Assembly (NCBI GenBank): GCA_963707025.1 | Contig: CAVPOM010000005.1 | Span: 608,217 to 672,216, forward strand | Source: an uncultured Verrucomicrobiae bacterium | Lineage (GTDB): Bacteria > Verrucomicrobiota > Verrucomicrobiia > Limisphaerales > Palsa-1400 | Direction: 5' to 3' | DNA: 64,000 bases | Shown: positions 10,544 to 19,143 of the stretch, in pieces | How the letters are laid out: each line of letters opens with the position of its first letter | Position numbering within the stretch: position 1 is the stretch's first letter | Notes under the pieces: model-generated | Told to the model about the DNA's origin: nothing | Database searches by the model: none | Seen by the model: only the letters and a program-made list of their open reading frames with translations | Program-made: the position numbers and the translations under genes

Positions 10544-13500
10544 ATGCGCTGCGTCGTTGTTGCACCGGTCAATCGCGGATTTTGTGTCCTTGCCGCGTTA
10601 CTGACGTGTGGATTGTGCGCCGCAGTGGCAGCAGCGGAGAAGCCCGCCAGCCCGGCGCAAGCGGAATTGCTCACCAACTTATTCCAGCTCCGGCGTTGTG
10701 CCCATCAAGAGCAAGCAGTTGTCCATCCCTTCCGAATCGCGGCGGATGTCTGCGACGTCGATTCTGCAGGCGGTGTGTTAGTCCTCCGCGATCTTTCCGG
10801 CGTGGAGTTCATTCGGTTGGATCTCCAAGGCCGCGCCATTGAAGCGGGAGCAACTGTGTGTCTGGAAGGAAAAGGATGCGGTTTGAAGCCGAAGAGCTTC
10901 GGACTGGCCGTTGTTCCCGGAATGGTTGTGGATAACGACGGTCTCCATAGAATGACAGTTGAATCCGGCGCGGCCTTTCTCCGTGCCGGCGTCAACCCGA
11001 TTACGGTTCAGTGGTTCAACCACACCGGAGACTTTGGCTTGAGCGTGGAATATGAAGGACCGGGCTTGCCACAGCAACGAATACAAGGCGCCGTTCTGTC
11101 AAGAGCGAACACTAATCCCGCGACAAGCACCGCCAATTTTTCCGCCGGACTCGATTATCGGTGTTACCAAGGCGCCTGGGGTAACCTGCCGGATTTCGGG
11201 ATGCTCCATCCGGTAAAGACCGGAGTTGCTACCAACTTCGATCTCGATGTTCGAACACGGAACGAAGCTGTGGGGCTGGAATTCAACGGCTTTATCACCA
11301 TTCCACGCGATGGCTTATACACATTCCATCTCGCGTCTGACGACGGAAGCCGACTATTTGTCGGCGAGTCGTCCTTGGACGTTCGCGTCTTGAGCCAAGG
11401 CTCTCCGCCGACTGCGATTGAGGAATTACCTGCAACCGATGTCCAGAGGAAAAGCCGTCCCTGGGTTACCCTTGAAGGGACGGTTGACTTCGTCGGCGTC
11501 CGGGGCGCCGGTGGGGAACTTCAGATTCGAGTCGGAAACGATGAAATCCGGGTGGATATTTTCGAGAGCGGCGATTTCGTTCCCAACTTCCCGTCGGGCA
11601 CCAAAGTTCGGGTTACCGGAGTTTATCAGGATATCGTCACAGAGGATGGCTCATGGGTCCCGGGGTTATTGCTGGTTTCGAGTTGGAAAGATGTCCGTCC
11701 TGCCCTCGCTTCCTCTGAACGGCGTTCAGCAAAGGCGATCGGTGATCGAGCGACATTGAACCCATCGGCATTTGATACGGATTCGGCGCCAAATGGGATC
11801 CCGGCAATCCGGACCATAGCGGAAATCAAGATGCTTCCCTCCGACCTGGCCAAGCAGCAGCTTCCCGTATCGATCCGCGGAGTTGTAACTGCTTTTCTCT
11901 TCCAGGGTGCAGTCGTCCAGGATTCCACAAGGGGCATTTATGTTTATCTGCAGGATTTGGATAAGTCCGAACCGCTGAAGTGTGGGGAATTCTACCAGAT
12001 CGACGGAGTTACGGGCCCGGGTATGTTCGCGCCGGTGATTGTTGCCCGCAGGATAAGTCACCTCGGGTCCGGTCAATGGCCGCAGCCGCTGCACGCGACG
12101 TGGGCTCAGCTTGTGAACGGAAGCCTGGATACCCAATACGTAGAAATTGATGGCGTTGTCACTGCCGTCAAGGATCAGAGCGTGTTGCTGTTCACCGAGG
12201 GCGGGAAGATTACGCTGGATCTGAGTGACTTTCGGACTGGAGTCCTCGGCGGCTACGTGAACGCACTTATTCGGATTCGCGGCTGTATTCTTGCTGCATT
12301 CAATGAGCAAACGCGCGAGCTTGAACCGCGATTGCTTCGTATCGTGGATGGCGCCGTGGATGTCATTCAGCCAGCGCCCCATGATCTTTTTGACGTGCCG
12401 CAAAAGAGCATCGGTGCGCTTCTGCTCTACGATCCGAAAGCGGCGTCGTTCAGGCTCCTGAAAGTGAGCGGCCAAATTATCTATGGTCGGGCAGGAGAGT
12501 ATTTCCTGACCGACGGCACAAATGGCATGCATGTGACAACCAGCAATTCTGATCATTTTGCAATCGGCGAACTGGTGGACGCGGTCGGTTTTCTCGATCT
12601 CGGAGGTCCTGCTGCCGGACTCAAGGAGGCGGTGCTGCGTAAGACCGGCCTCGCTCCCTTGCCCGCGCCAACAAAGCTCAATCCGAATCACCTGCTGGCG
12701 GCCAACTGCGCCGACACGCTGGTCCAGCTGGACGCTACGCTGATGAATGAATGGGTGGATGGCTCCGAACACGTCCTGGAGCTCCAGTCAGGGTTTCTTG
12801 CGTTCAGGGCGCGGATCAACAGCCGTGGGCAATCCACCGCGTTGCCACCGCCCGGGAGCCGACTGGAATTGACCGGCGTCTATGTGCCTAAAGGTAATCG
12901 TCCAAGCGACGGTGATGTAACCGGCTTTGAGTTGCTGCTTTACTCGCCGTCGGGCGTTCGCGTTCTGGCAACTCCTCCTTGGTGGACTTTGAAGCGCGTG
13001 CTCATCCTTGCAGTAATCCTTGCCGCGCTGCTCTGCGCTGTTGTGGTTTGGAACAAAGAACTGAAGCGGAAGGTTCAAGAACGCGGCCGCCAATTGGAAA
13101 CCGAAATTCGCAGTCGCCAAGGGGCCGAATTGCGGCACGCCGCCGAAGAGGAACGCTCGCGAATTGCGCGCGACCTGCATGACGAACTTGGAACGGGTCT
13201 CACTGAAGTAAGCTTGCTGGCCAGCGCCGGACTGGGTGAATTCCGGGACATGGAGAAGAATGACGACCGCTTCCACGTCATTGCAGAGAAAGCCCGCGCT
13301 CTTGTGTCGGGGCTTGACGTTATTGTTTGGGCGATTGATCCAAAACGTAATTCACTGCAATCCTTTGCCGACTACCTGGGGAGCTATGCCGAGGAGCTTC
13401 TATCCGCATCGAATATCGTTTGCCGGCTTAGGATTCCAATCGAGTGCGACCCGGTCAATCTGACCGGAACCGCGCGGCACAGCCTGTTCCTTGCCATCAA

Positions 13501-13759
13501 AGAAGCTTTGAACAATGTCATCCGCCACGCGTCCGCAACGCAAGTGGAGCTGCAGATGACGCAATTCGAAAATCGCCTCGAAATCGTCATCGCCGACAAT
13601 GGCCGCGGCTTCGATTGGAACGCCATTCGGCCTGGTAATGGTCTGACGAATATTCGTGAGCGCTTGGAAGCGTTGTGCGGCCAGTGCCAGATCGAATCAC
13701 AACCCGGAAAAGGGACCACAGTCAAATGCGCTGTGCCCTTGCCCCACGATCCAAGGTAG
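10544..13759 (+). CDS. Membrane sensor histidine kinase (HisKA_3) with extracytoplasmic PA14 and OB-fold-like repeats
   Basis: ERSRIARDLHDELG H-box, EALNNVIRHA, DNGRGF, GNGL; TM helix after PPWWTL; SDDGSRL and VVDNDGLH PA14 motifs. Start codon uncertain. Confidence 0.9.
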   Translation: MRCVVVAPVNRGFCVLAALLTCGLCAAVAAAEKPASPAQAELLTNLFQLRRCAHQEQAVVHPFRIAADVCDVDSAGGVLVLRDLSGVEFIRLDLQGRAIEAGATVCLEGKGCGLKPKSFGLAVVPGMVVDNDGLHRMTVESGAAFLRAGVNPITVQWFNHTGDFGLSVEYEGPGLPQQRIQGAVLSRANTNPATSTANFSAGLDYRCYQGAWGNLPDFGMLHPVKTGVATNFDLDVRTRNEAVGLEFNGFITIPRDGLYTFHLASDDGSRLFVGESSLDVRVLSQGSPPTAIEELPATDVQRKSRPWVTLEGTVDFVGVRGAGGELQIRVGNDEIRVDIFESGDFVPNFPSGTKVRVTGVYQDIVTEDGSWVPGLLLVSSWKDVRPALASSERRSAKAIGDRATLNPSAFDTDSAPNGIPAIRTIAEIKMLPSDLAKQQLPVSIRGVVTAFLFQGAVVQDSTRGIYVYLQDLDKSEPLKCGEFYQIDGVTGPGMFAPVIVARRISHLGSGQWPQPLHATWAQLVNGSLDTQYVEIDGVVTAVKDQSVLLFTEGGKITLDLSDFRTGVLGGYVNALIRIRGCILAAFNEQTRELEPRLLRIVDGAVDVIQPAPHDLFDVPQKSIGALLLYDPKAASFRLLKVSGQIIYGRAGEYFLTDGTNGMHVTTSNSDHFAIGELVDAVGFLDLGGPAAGLKEAVLRKTGLAPLPAPTKLNPNHLLAANCADTLVQLDATLMNEWVDGSEHVLELQSGFLAFRARINSRGQSTALPPPGSRLELTGVYVPKGNRPSDGDVTGFELLLYSPSGVRVLATPPWWTLKRVLILAVILAALLCAVVVWNKELKRKVQERGRQLETEIRSRQGAELRHAAEEERSRIARDLHDELGTGLTEVSLLASAGLGEFRDMEKNDDRFHVIAEKARALVSGLDVIVWAIDPKRNSLQSFADYLGSYAEELLSASNIVCRLRIPIECDPVNLTGTARHSLFLAIKEALNNVIRHASATQVELQMTQFENRLEIVIADNGRGFDWNAIRPGNGLTNIRERLEALCGQCQIESQPGKGTTVKCAVPLPHDPR

Positions 13760-13790
13760 GTTGCGAATCTGAGAAATCTCACGACATCAC

Positions 13791-14414
13791 ATGACCACAG
13801 TTGCCATTATCGAAGACAACGATACGATGCGCAAAATGCTCGTAGAGCTGATTAACAGCGAGGCGGATTACCGTTGCGTCTGCGCGTGCTCGACTTCCAA
13901 AGAGGCTCTCATTGAGGTGCCGAAACACCAGCCCAATGTTGCGTTGATGGACATTCACCTGCCGGACGAGTCCGGAATAGCCTGCACGGCGGAATTAACC
14001 GAGAAGATGCCCGAGCTTCAGGTCATCATGGTGACCGTTTACAAAGAGACCGACCTCATCTTTCAAGCGCTCAAAGCCGGCGCCTGCGGGTATATCCTCA
14101 AACGTTTCCGCCCGGGGGAAATCATCCAAGCCATCGCCGAAGTGCGGGCAGGCGGCGCGCCCATGACGAGCGAGATCGCGCGCATGATCGTGCGGTCTTT
14201 TCGCGCGCCGTCGGCTGCACCCGACCCAAACGGTTTGACGGCCCGCGAAGCGGAGATCCTCATGCTGCTCGCGGAAGGACTCTCGAACAAAGAGATTGCG
14301 CAAAGAGCGAATATCAGTGCCGGGACCGTTCGCATCCATTTAGGAAACATGTTCAAGAAGCTTCACGTTCGCAGCCGAACCGAAGCAGCCGTCAAATACT
14401 CGCGCAAGAATTAG
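13791..14414 (+). CDS. NarL/LuxR-family response regulator
   Basis: REC domain (IIEDN, MDIHLP, GACGYILK) plus LuxR HTH (LTAREAEIL..GLSNKEIA). Confidence 0.95.
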   Translation: MTTVAIIEDNDTMRKMLVELINSEADYRCVCACSTSKEALIEVPKHQPNVALMDIHLPDESGIACTAELTEKMPELQVIMVTVYKETDLIFQALKAGACGYILKRFRPGEIIQAIAEVRAGGAPMTSEIARMIVRSFRAPSAAPDPNGLTAREAEILMLLAEGLSNKEIAQRANISAGTVRIHLGNMFKKLHVRSRTEAAVKYSRKN

Positions 14415-14476
14415 CACGGAGCCGCCGGCGCTCCAAACAAGACCATCGGCGCTGCCAACGGGGTAACCGGGTCGAA

Positions 14477-14506
14477 TATGACATGTGTCATACGCCATAT
14501 GTCGGA
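14477..14506. promoter_or_regulatory. Two overlapping 7-2-7 inverted repeats, candidate response regulator operator
   Basis: TATGACA-TG-TGTCATA (perfect) and TACGCCA-TA-TGTCGGA upstream of the LamG gene. Confidence 0.55.
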
Positions 14507-14643
14507 TTTCATTTGCTCCCGATTCCCGCTAGTCTCTGCCTGAAATCCAACTTGTTAGGTAAGGCTTCGTGAGTACCTATGGCCGTGCTTGCGCGACGAA
14601 ACTGATGCCCTTGAGTTGGAAAAAAGTACTGAACATTAAGCTT

Positions 14644-17600
14644 ATGAATCCAAACAACCCAAGACTTGCTCCATCCTCCCGAAACTCACAGGCACGGTTC
14701 CGTTTGCTTCCCTTCACGGCCAGCCGAGTCGGCAAGCTTGCCGCCTGCCTCATACTGGGCGTCGCGGCGCTCTCGCAATCGGCCCGCTCTCAGCCGCCCA
14801 GTTACGCGGCATCGGCCTTGTCCAATAAGCCGGTTGCTTTTTGGCAGTTGAATGAAGCCAACGGAGCTACGCAGGCTAAGGATTCCAGCCCCAACGGACT
14901 CAATGGGACCTATGGAGTGGATGCTGTACTGGGCGTCTTTTTTGCGCCCTATACTCCTTACCTTGGATTTGCAATCAACCAAACTGCGCTGCTATGTACG
15001 GCCGGCGATTTAACTTCGGTGGCCACAATTCCGCCTTTGAATTTGAACACCAACGCCGTGACCATCGCCATGTGGATCAATCCCACTGCCGAGGTAAGCA
15101 CCGGCTTTACGGGATTGCTCATGACCCGAACCTCCGGAGGCGACGCGGCTGGCTTTGGGTTTGGGGGAAGCTCGAACAGCCTCGGCATGGTCGAACTGGG
15201 TTACACTTGGAACACGAACAACGCCGCGACGTACAACTTCAATTCGGGGCTTTATCCGCTGGTCGCCCAATGGCAGTTTGTGGCCTTGGTGGTCCAATCA
15301 AATTCGGCGACCATCTATCTGTATTACGTTGATTACTCCGGGAATACGCAATTGCAGTCGGCCGTCAATCCCATTGCGCACGGCCCCGAAGCGTTCAGTT
15401 TCAGCGACGGAGTGAACGGATTGATTTTGCTGGGCTCCGATGTGAACGGGACTACCGTCGCTGCGGCCAACAACGTGTTCCCCGGTGAAATTTCCGATGC
15501 GGCCGTGTATAAATCGGCCCTCTCTTCCGACCAGATTCTGGCCTTGTTCGCCGCGGGCGTCGGCGTGGAGGGATTTGCGCCAGAGATAACCGGGCAGCCC
15601 CAATCCGAATACGTCGTGTCGGGCGCACCGGCACACCTGACGGCCACTGGCATCAACGGCACCACCAACATTTCGTTTCAGTGGCAGTTGAACGGCACCA
15701 ATGTCAATGCCCTGGCGGACAGCGCCAATTTCACCGGCGCCACAAGTTCGAACGTATTGACTATTCTCAGTGCAACGCTGGCCGATGCGGGTACTTATCA
15801 GTTGATTCTCACGAACACTTATGGCACGAACTACAGCAGCAATGCGGTTCTTGTCATTCAGGCTCCGGCCTTGGTGGGTGAATGGCTTACCAATGGCATT
15901 TTGGCCGATGTTTCGGGCTATTCGCCGGCCGGCACCCACGACGGTTACGACATCGTTGGCAATGGCGCCTTTTTGTTCACCAATGATGTGCCGGTCGGCA
16001 AGGCCGGTCAATCGATTTGGTTCACCAATCTTACCGGCATCGCCATCAGTAACTCGTCCACATTGGACGGGACGACCTACACCAACACTTTCGATAACGT
16101 CATCAACAACGCTTTCACCGTCTCATGCTGGGGGAAGGGTTTGCCGGGAAGTTGGAATCCGTTTGTGTCCAAGTGGGGTGAAGGCAGGCCCTACAGTTCG
16201 CCCGACGGCGGCTTTCAGCTCCGCACGGACGGTAATGGCAATGATTCGTGCTTCACCGTTCGCTGCGAACAAAGGGGCACGCTCCTCTTTGGGAACGCGG
16301 CCGACGCTATTGATGACATGGCCACCACAACCGTTCCCACCGCGGATGGCAAATGGCACTTCTATGCCGGCACTTACGACGCCGGGACGGGCATCCGCAG
16401 CCTGTGGGTGGACGCGATCCTGGCCGCCCAGGAGAGCAACAACGTGCTTTATGACCTGGCCCCGTATTCACACCTTTGCATCGGCGCCAAAGACAGCTCT
16501 CCGGGCAACACCTTTGGCCAGTACACCAGCAACCTGCTGGTTTACGACGTGCGCATCTATAACTACGCGCTCGCCCAATCCAATGTTCTGAAATTGTATG
16601 GCGCAGTTCCGGCAGTGATCAACGGGCAGCCGCCTTCCGCTTACCCCTTCGCGGGCCAATCGGCAACGATAGGAGCCGTTGTCGGCGGCACCCAACCCAT
16701 TACGTATCAGTGGACGTTGAACGGCACCCCTGTCAACCTCCTGCCTGACGCCGCCAATTTCACCGGCGCCACAAATTCGAACGTATTGACGATTGCCAGT
16801 GCGTCGGCGGCCGACCAGGGTGTGTATGTGTTGGCTATCACGAACGCCTTCGGATGGGCAATCAGCAGCAATGCGGTCCTGACACTTTCCGTTCCGAGCC
16901 TGGTGGGTGAATGGTTTAACGGACCAGCCATCCTGAACGATGTTTCGGGCTATTCGCCCACGAACACACACGACGGTTTCGCCACCGGCGCTCAGAGCTA
17001 TGCGTTCACAACTGATGTGCCGGCCTACAGATCCGGAAACTCGCTTAGTTTCGGAGCCTCCAGTGCATCGGGCATCTCCATCAGTAACTCATCCACAGGT
17101 TACCCGGGCTACACCAACACGTTCGATAACCAGGTGTACACCTATCTCACCGTCTCGATGTGGGTGAAAGGCACTTTCGCCGCGTATTCCTCCGCCGGCT
17201 GGCCGGCCTTCGCAGTCAAGAATGGTGAAAGTGGCGGATGGCAGCTGCGCGGTGACCAATGGGCCGCGCCCGGTTGGACCGTTCGAGACAATAACGCGGG
17301 CACGATGTTCAATGGCCAAAACGGGGGGTGGGACGGTAACGACGATATGTCCGCGAATGCTGGTTTTGATGGCAAATGGCATCTCTATACCGGCACATAC
17401 AACTCCCTATCGGGCTATCGCGCCCTGTATATTGATGGCCAACCTACTGTTTACGAGACCGGCAACAAGCCATATATCACGGCCACGGCTTCACACGTCA
17501 CTATCAACGGCGAAGACTCTGGCAATGGCAATTATAATTTCACCACGCCCGCGTTTGAATACTACGACCTGCGCATCTATAACTACGAACTCAGTGCTGC

Positions 17601-18834
17601 CCAGGCTTCGGATCTCTACAACATTCTGCCCCCTGGCACTCCGGCACAAATAGGCATCCAGCCGCCAGCCAGCATCAGCACCACTTGTCAGGGTGTAACT
17701 GTTCAGATCCGTGCCGCTAGTGGTGGCAGCCCACCGGTTACCAATCAGTGGCAGTTCAACGGCACCAACTTGGTGGACGGCAACTATGGCGGCGTCATTA
17801 TTAGCGGCTCAAGTTCGAACGTCCTGACGATCGCCGATGTGACGACGAACTACCAGGGTGTATATGACTTGGTTGCCACGAACGCGTTTGGCGGGCAAGT
17901 CAGCAGCAATGCGACTCTCACCATTGGTGTTTTGCCCACTGCGCCCGCACCGCCGGGGACACTCGTGGGTGCATGGCTTACCGGAGCAGCGACTCTGGCC
18001 GACACTTCGCGCTATTCGCCGGCGGGGACACACGACGCTTGGCAAACGGCCGGCAGCACCTCTTGGACCAATGACCTGCCGCCCATGGCCACGCCGGGCG
18101 GTTCCTCGCTGTATTTCACCAACGCCGGTCTGGCGATTAGCAATTCCTCCACGCTGGATCCCGGCTACACCAGCACGTTCGATGCCGCCATCACCAACAG
18201 TATGACCGTCATGTGCTGGGCGAAGGGTTGGCCGGGCACATGGAATCCGTGGGTGTCCAAGTATGGTGAAAACGGTGCGGGCTGGCAGCTCCGCGTCAAT
18301 GCTTCGGACACTGCGTGTTGGACCATTCGCGGCACGGGTGGCAATGAGGATATGGGAGCGCCCAATAGCAGCGATGACGGCGGTTGGCACAGCTATGTCG
18401 GCACTTACGACGTGCCGTCGGGTATCCGCAGCCTCTATATAGACGGAGTGCTGGCCGTTACGCAGACCGGCCAGGGACCATATAACGAGTCCACTCCCTC
18501 GCAGCTTATGATTGGCGCCAAAGACAGCGGTGGCAACAAGTTTGGCAACTACTACACCGGCGAAATCTACGGCGTGTACATTTACGACACCGCACTCAGC
18601 GCAGCCCAAGTTAACGGCGTCTTAATAACGCCGCCGCCGCCACTGCCGTCGTTTAATGGCCTGCCAGGCATCACAACAGGCCCCAGTGGCCCTGAATTCG
18701 TGCTGACGTGGGTAGGCGGCAGGTTGCTCGGAGCGACGAACGTGACTGGCCCGTGGACGCCAACCGGGGCAACATCGCCTTACACGAACTTCATGACAAA
18801 TACGCACATGTTCTTCCAATTGGTTAATCCGTAA
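14644..18834 (+). CDS. Large exported protein with four LamG-like jellyroll domains alternating with Ig-like domains
   Basis: Repeated W(H/Q)x(Y/V)xxTY..DVRIYNYAL LamG motifs, YQW.LNG..D.G.Y Ig motifs, signal peptide, ends FFQLVNP. Confidence 0.85.
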   Translation: MNPNNPRLAPSSRNSQARFRLLPFTASRVGKLAACLILGVAALSQSARSQPPSYAASALSNKPVAFWQLNEANGATQAKDSSPNGLNGTYGVDAVLGVFFAPYTPYLGFAINQTALLCTAGDLTSVATIPPLNLNTNAVTIAMWINPTAEVSTGFTGLLMTRTSGGDAAGFGFGGSSNSLGMVELGYTWNTNNAATYNFNSGLYPLVAQWQFVALVVQSNSATIYLYYVDYSGNTQLQSAVNPIAHGPEAFSFSDGVNGLILLGSDVNGTTVAAANNVFPGEISDAAVYKSALSSDQILALFAAGVGVEGFAPEITGQPQSEYVVSGAPAHLTATGINGTTNISFQWQLNGTNVNALADSANFTGATSSNVLTILSATLADAGTYQLILTNTYGTNYSSNAVLVIQAPALVGEWLTNGILADVSGYSPAGTHDGYDIVGNGAFLFTNDVPVGKAGQSIWFTNLTGIAISNSSTLDGTTYTNTFDNVINNAFTVSCWGKGLPGSWNPFVSKWGEGRPYSSPDGGFQLRTDGNGNDSCFTVRCEQRGTLLFGNAADAIDDMATTTVPTADGKWHFYAGTYDAGTGIRSLWVDAILAAQESNNVLYDLAPYSHLCIGAKDSSPGNTFGQYTSNLLVYDVRIYNYALAQSNVLKLYGAVPAVINGQPPSAYPFAGQSATIGAVVGGTQPITYQWTLNGTPVNLLPDAANFTGATNSNVLTIASASAADQGVYVLAITNAFGWAISSNAVLTLSVPSLVGEWFNGPAILNDVSGYSPTNTHDGFATGAQSYAFTTDVPAYRSGNSLSFGASSASGISISNSSTGYPGYTNTFDNQVYTYLTVSMWVKGTFAAYSSAGWPAFAVKNGESGGWQLRGDQWAAPGWTVRDNNAGTMFNGQNGGWDGNDDMSANAGFDGKWHLYTGTYNSLSGYRALYIDGQPTVYETGNKPYITATASHVTINGEDSGNGNYNFTTPAFEYYDLRIYNYELSAAQASDLYNILPPGTPAQIGIQPPASISTTCQGVTVQIRAASGGSPPVTNQWQFNGTNLVDGNYGGVIISGSSSNVLTIADVTTNYQGVYDLVATNAFGGQVSSNATLTIGVLPTAPAPPGTLVGAWLTGAATLADTSRYSPAGTHDAWQTAGSTSWTNDLPPMATPGGSSLYFTNAGLAISNSSTLDPGYTSTFDAAITNSMTVMCWAKGWPGTWNPWVSKYGENGAGWQLRVNASDTACWTIRGTGGNEDMGAPNSSDDGGWHSYVGTYDVPSGIRSLYIDGVLAVTQTGQGPYNESTPSQLMIGAKDSGGNKFGNYYTGEIYGVYIYDTALSAAQVNGVLITPPPPLPSFNGLPGITTGPSGPEFVLTWVGGRLLGATNVTGPWTPTGATSPYTNFMTNTHMFFQLVNP

Positions 18835-18865
18835 GGCAGACGCTTGTAATTGAGATCTAAATCAC

Positions 18866-18901
18866 AGAGGCAGAGGTTTTCACCTCTGCCTCTTCTTTTT
18901 T
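18866..18901 (+). terminator. Rho-independent terminator
   Basis: 12-bp stem AGAGGCAGAGGT/ACCTCTGCCTCT, 4-nt loop, T-run. Confidence 0.85.
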
Positions 18902-19143
18902 GTCACCCTTCGGTGGTCATGGCGGTTTTTGGAATGACTTCTTGAATTGAAAACGGCCTGGTTTCCAGCCTGCAAGAAACCGCGATGCGCCCCGTCTTCT
19001 GCGCGGGACAAAATAATCCTCGACCGAATCCCGCCTCGCCATTATCATACCCGCATCAATGTGGACCGTTTTCCGAGAGTGTTTCCGGTTCTGCGCGCGT
19101 GAGAAGAAATGGTGGTTGCACTTGACAGCATGTTTTGAACGTT

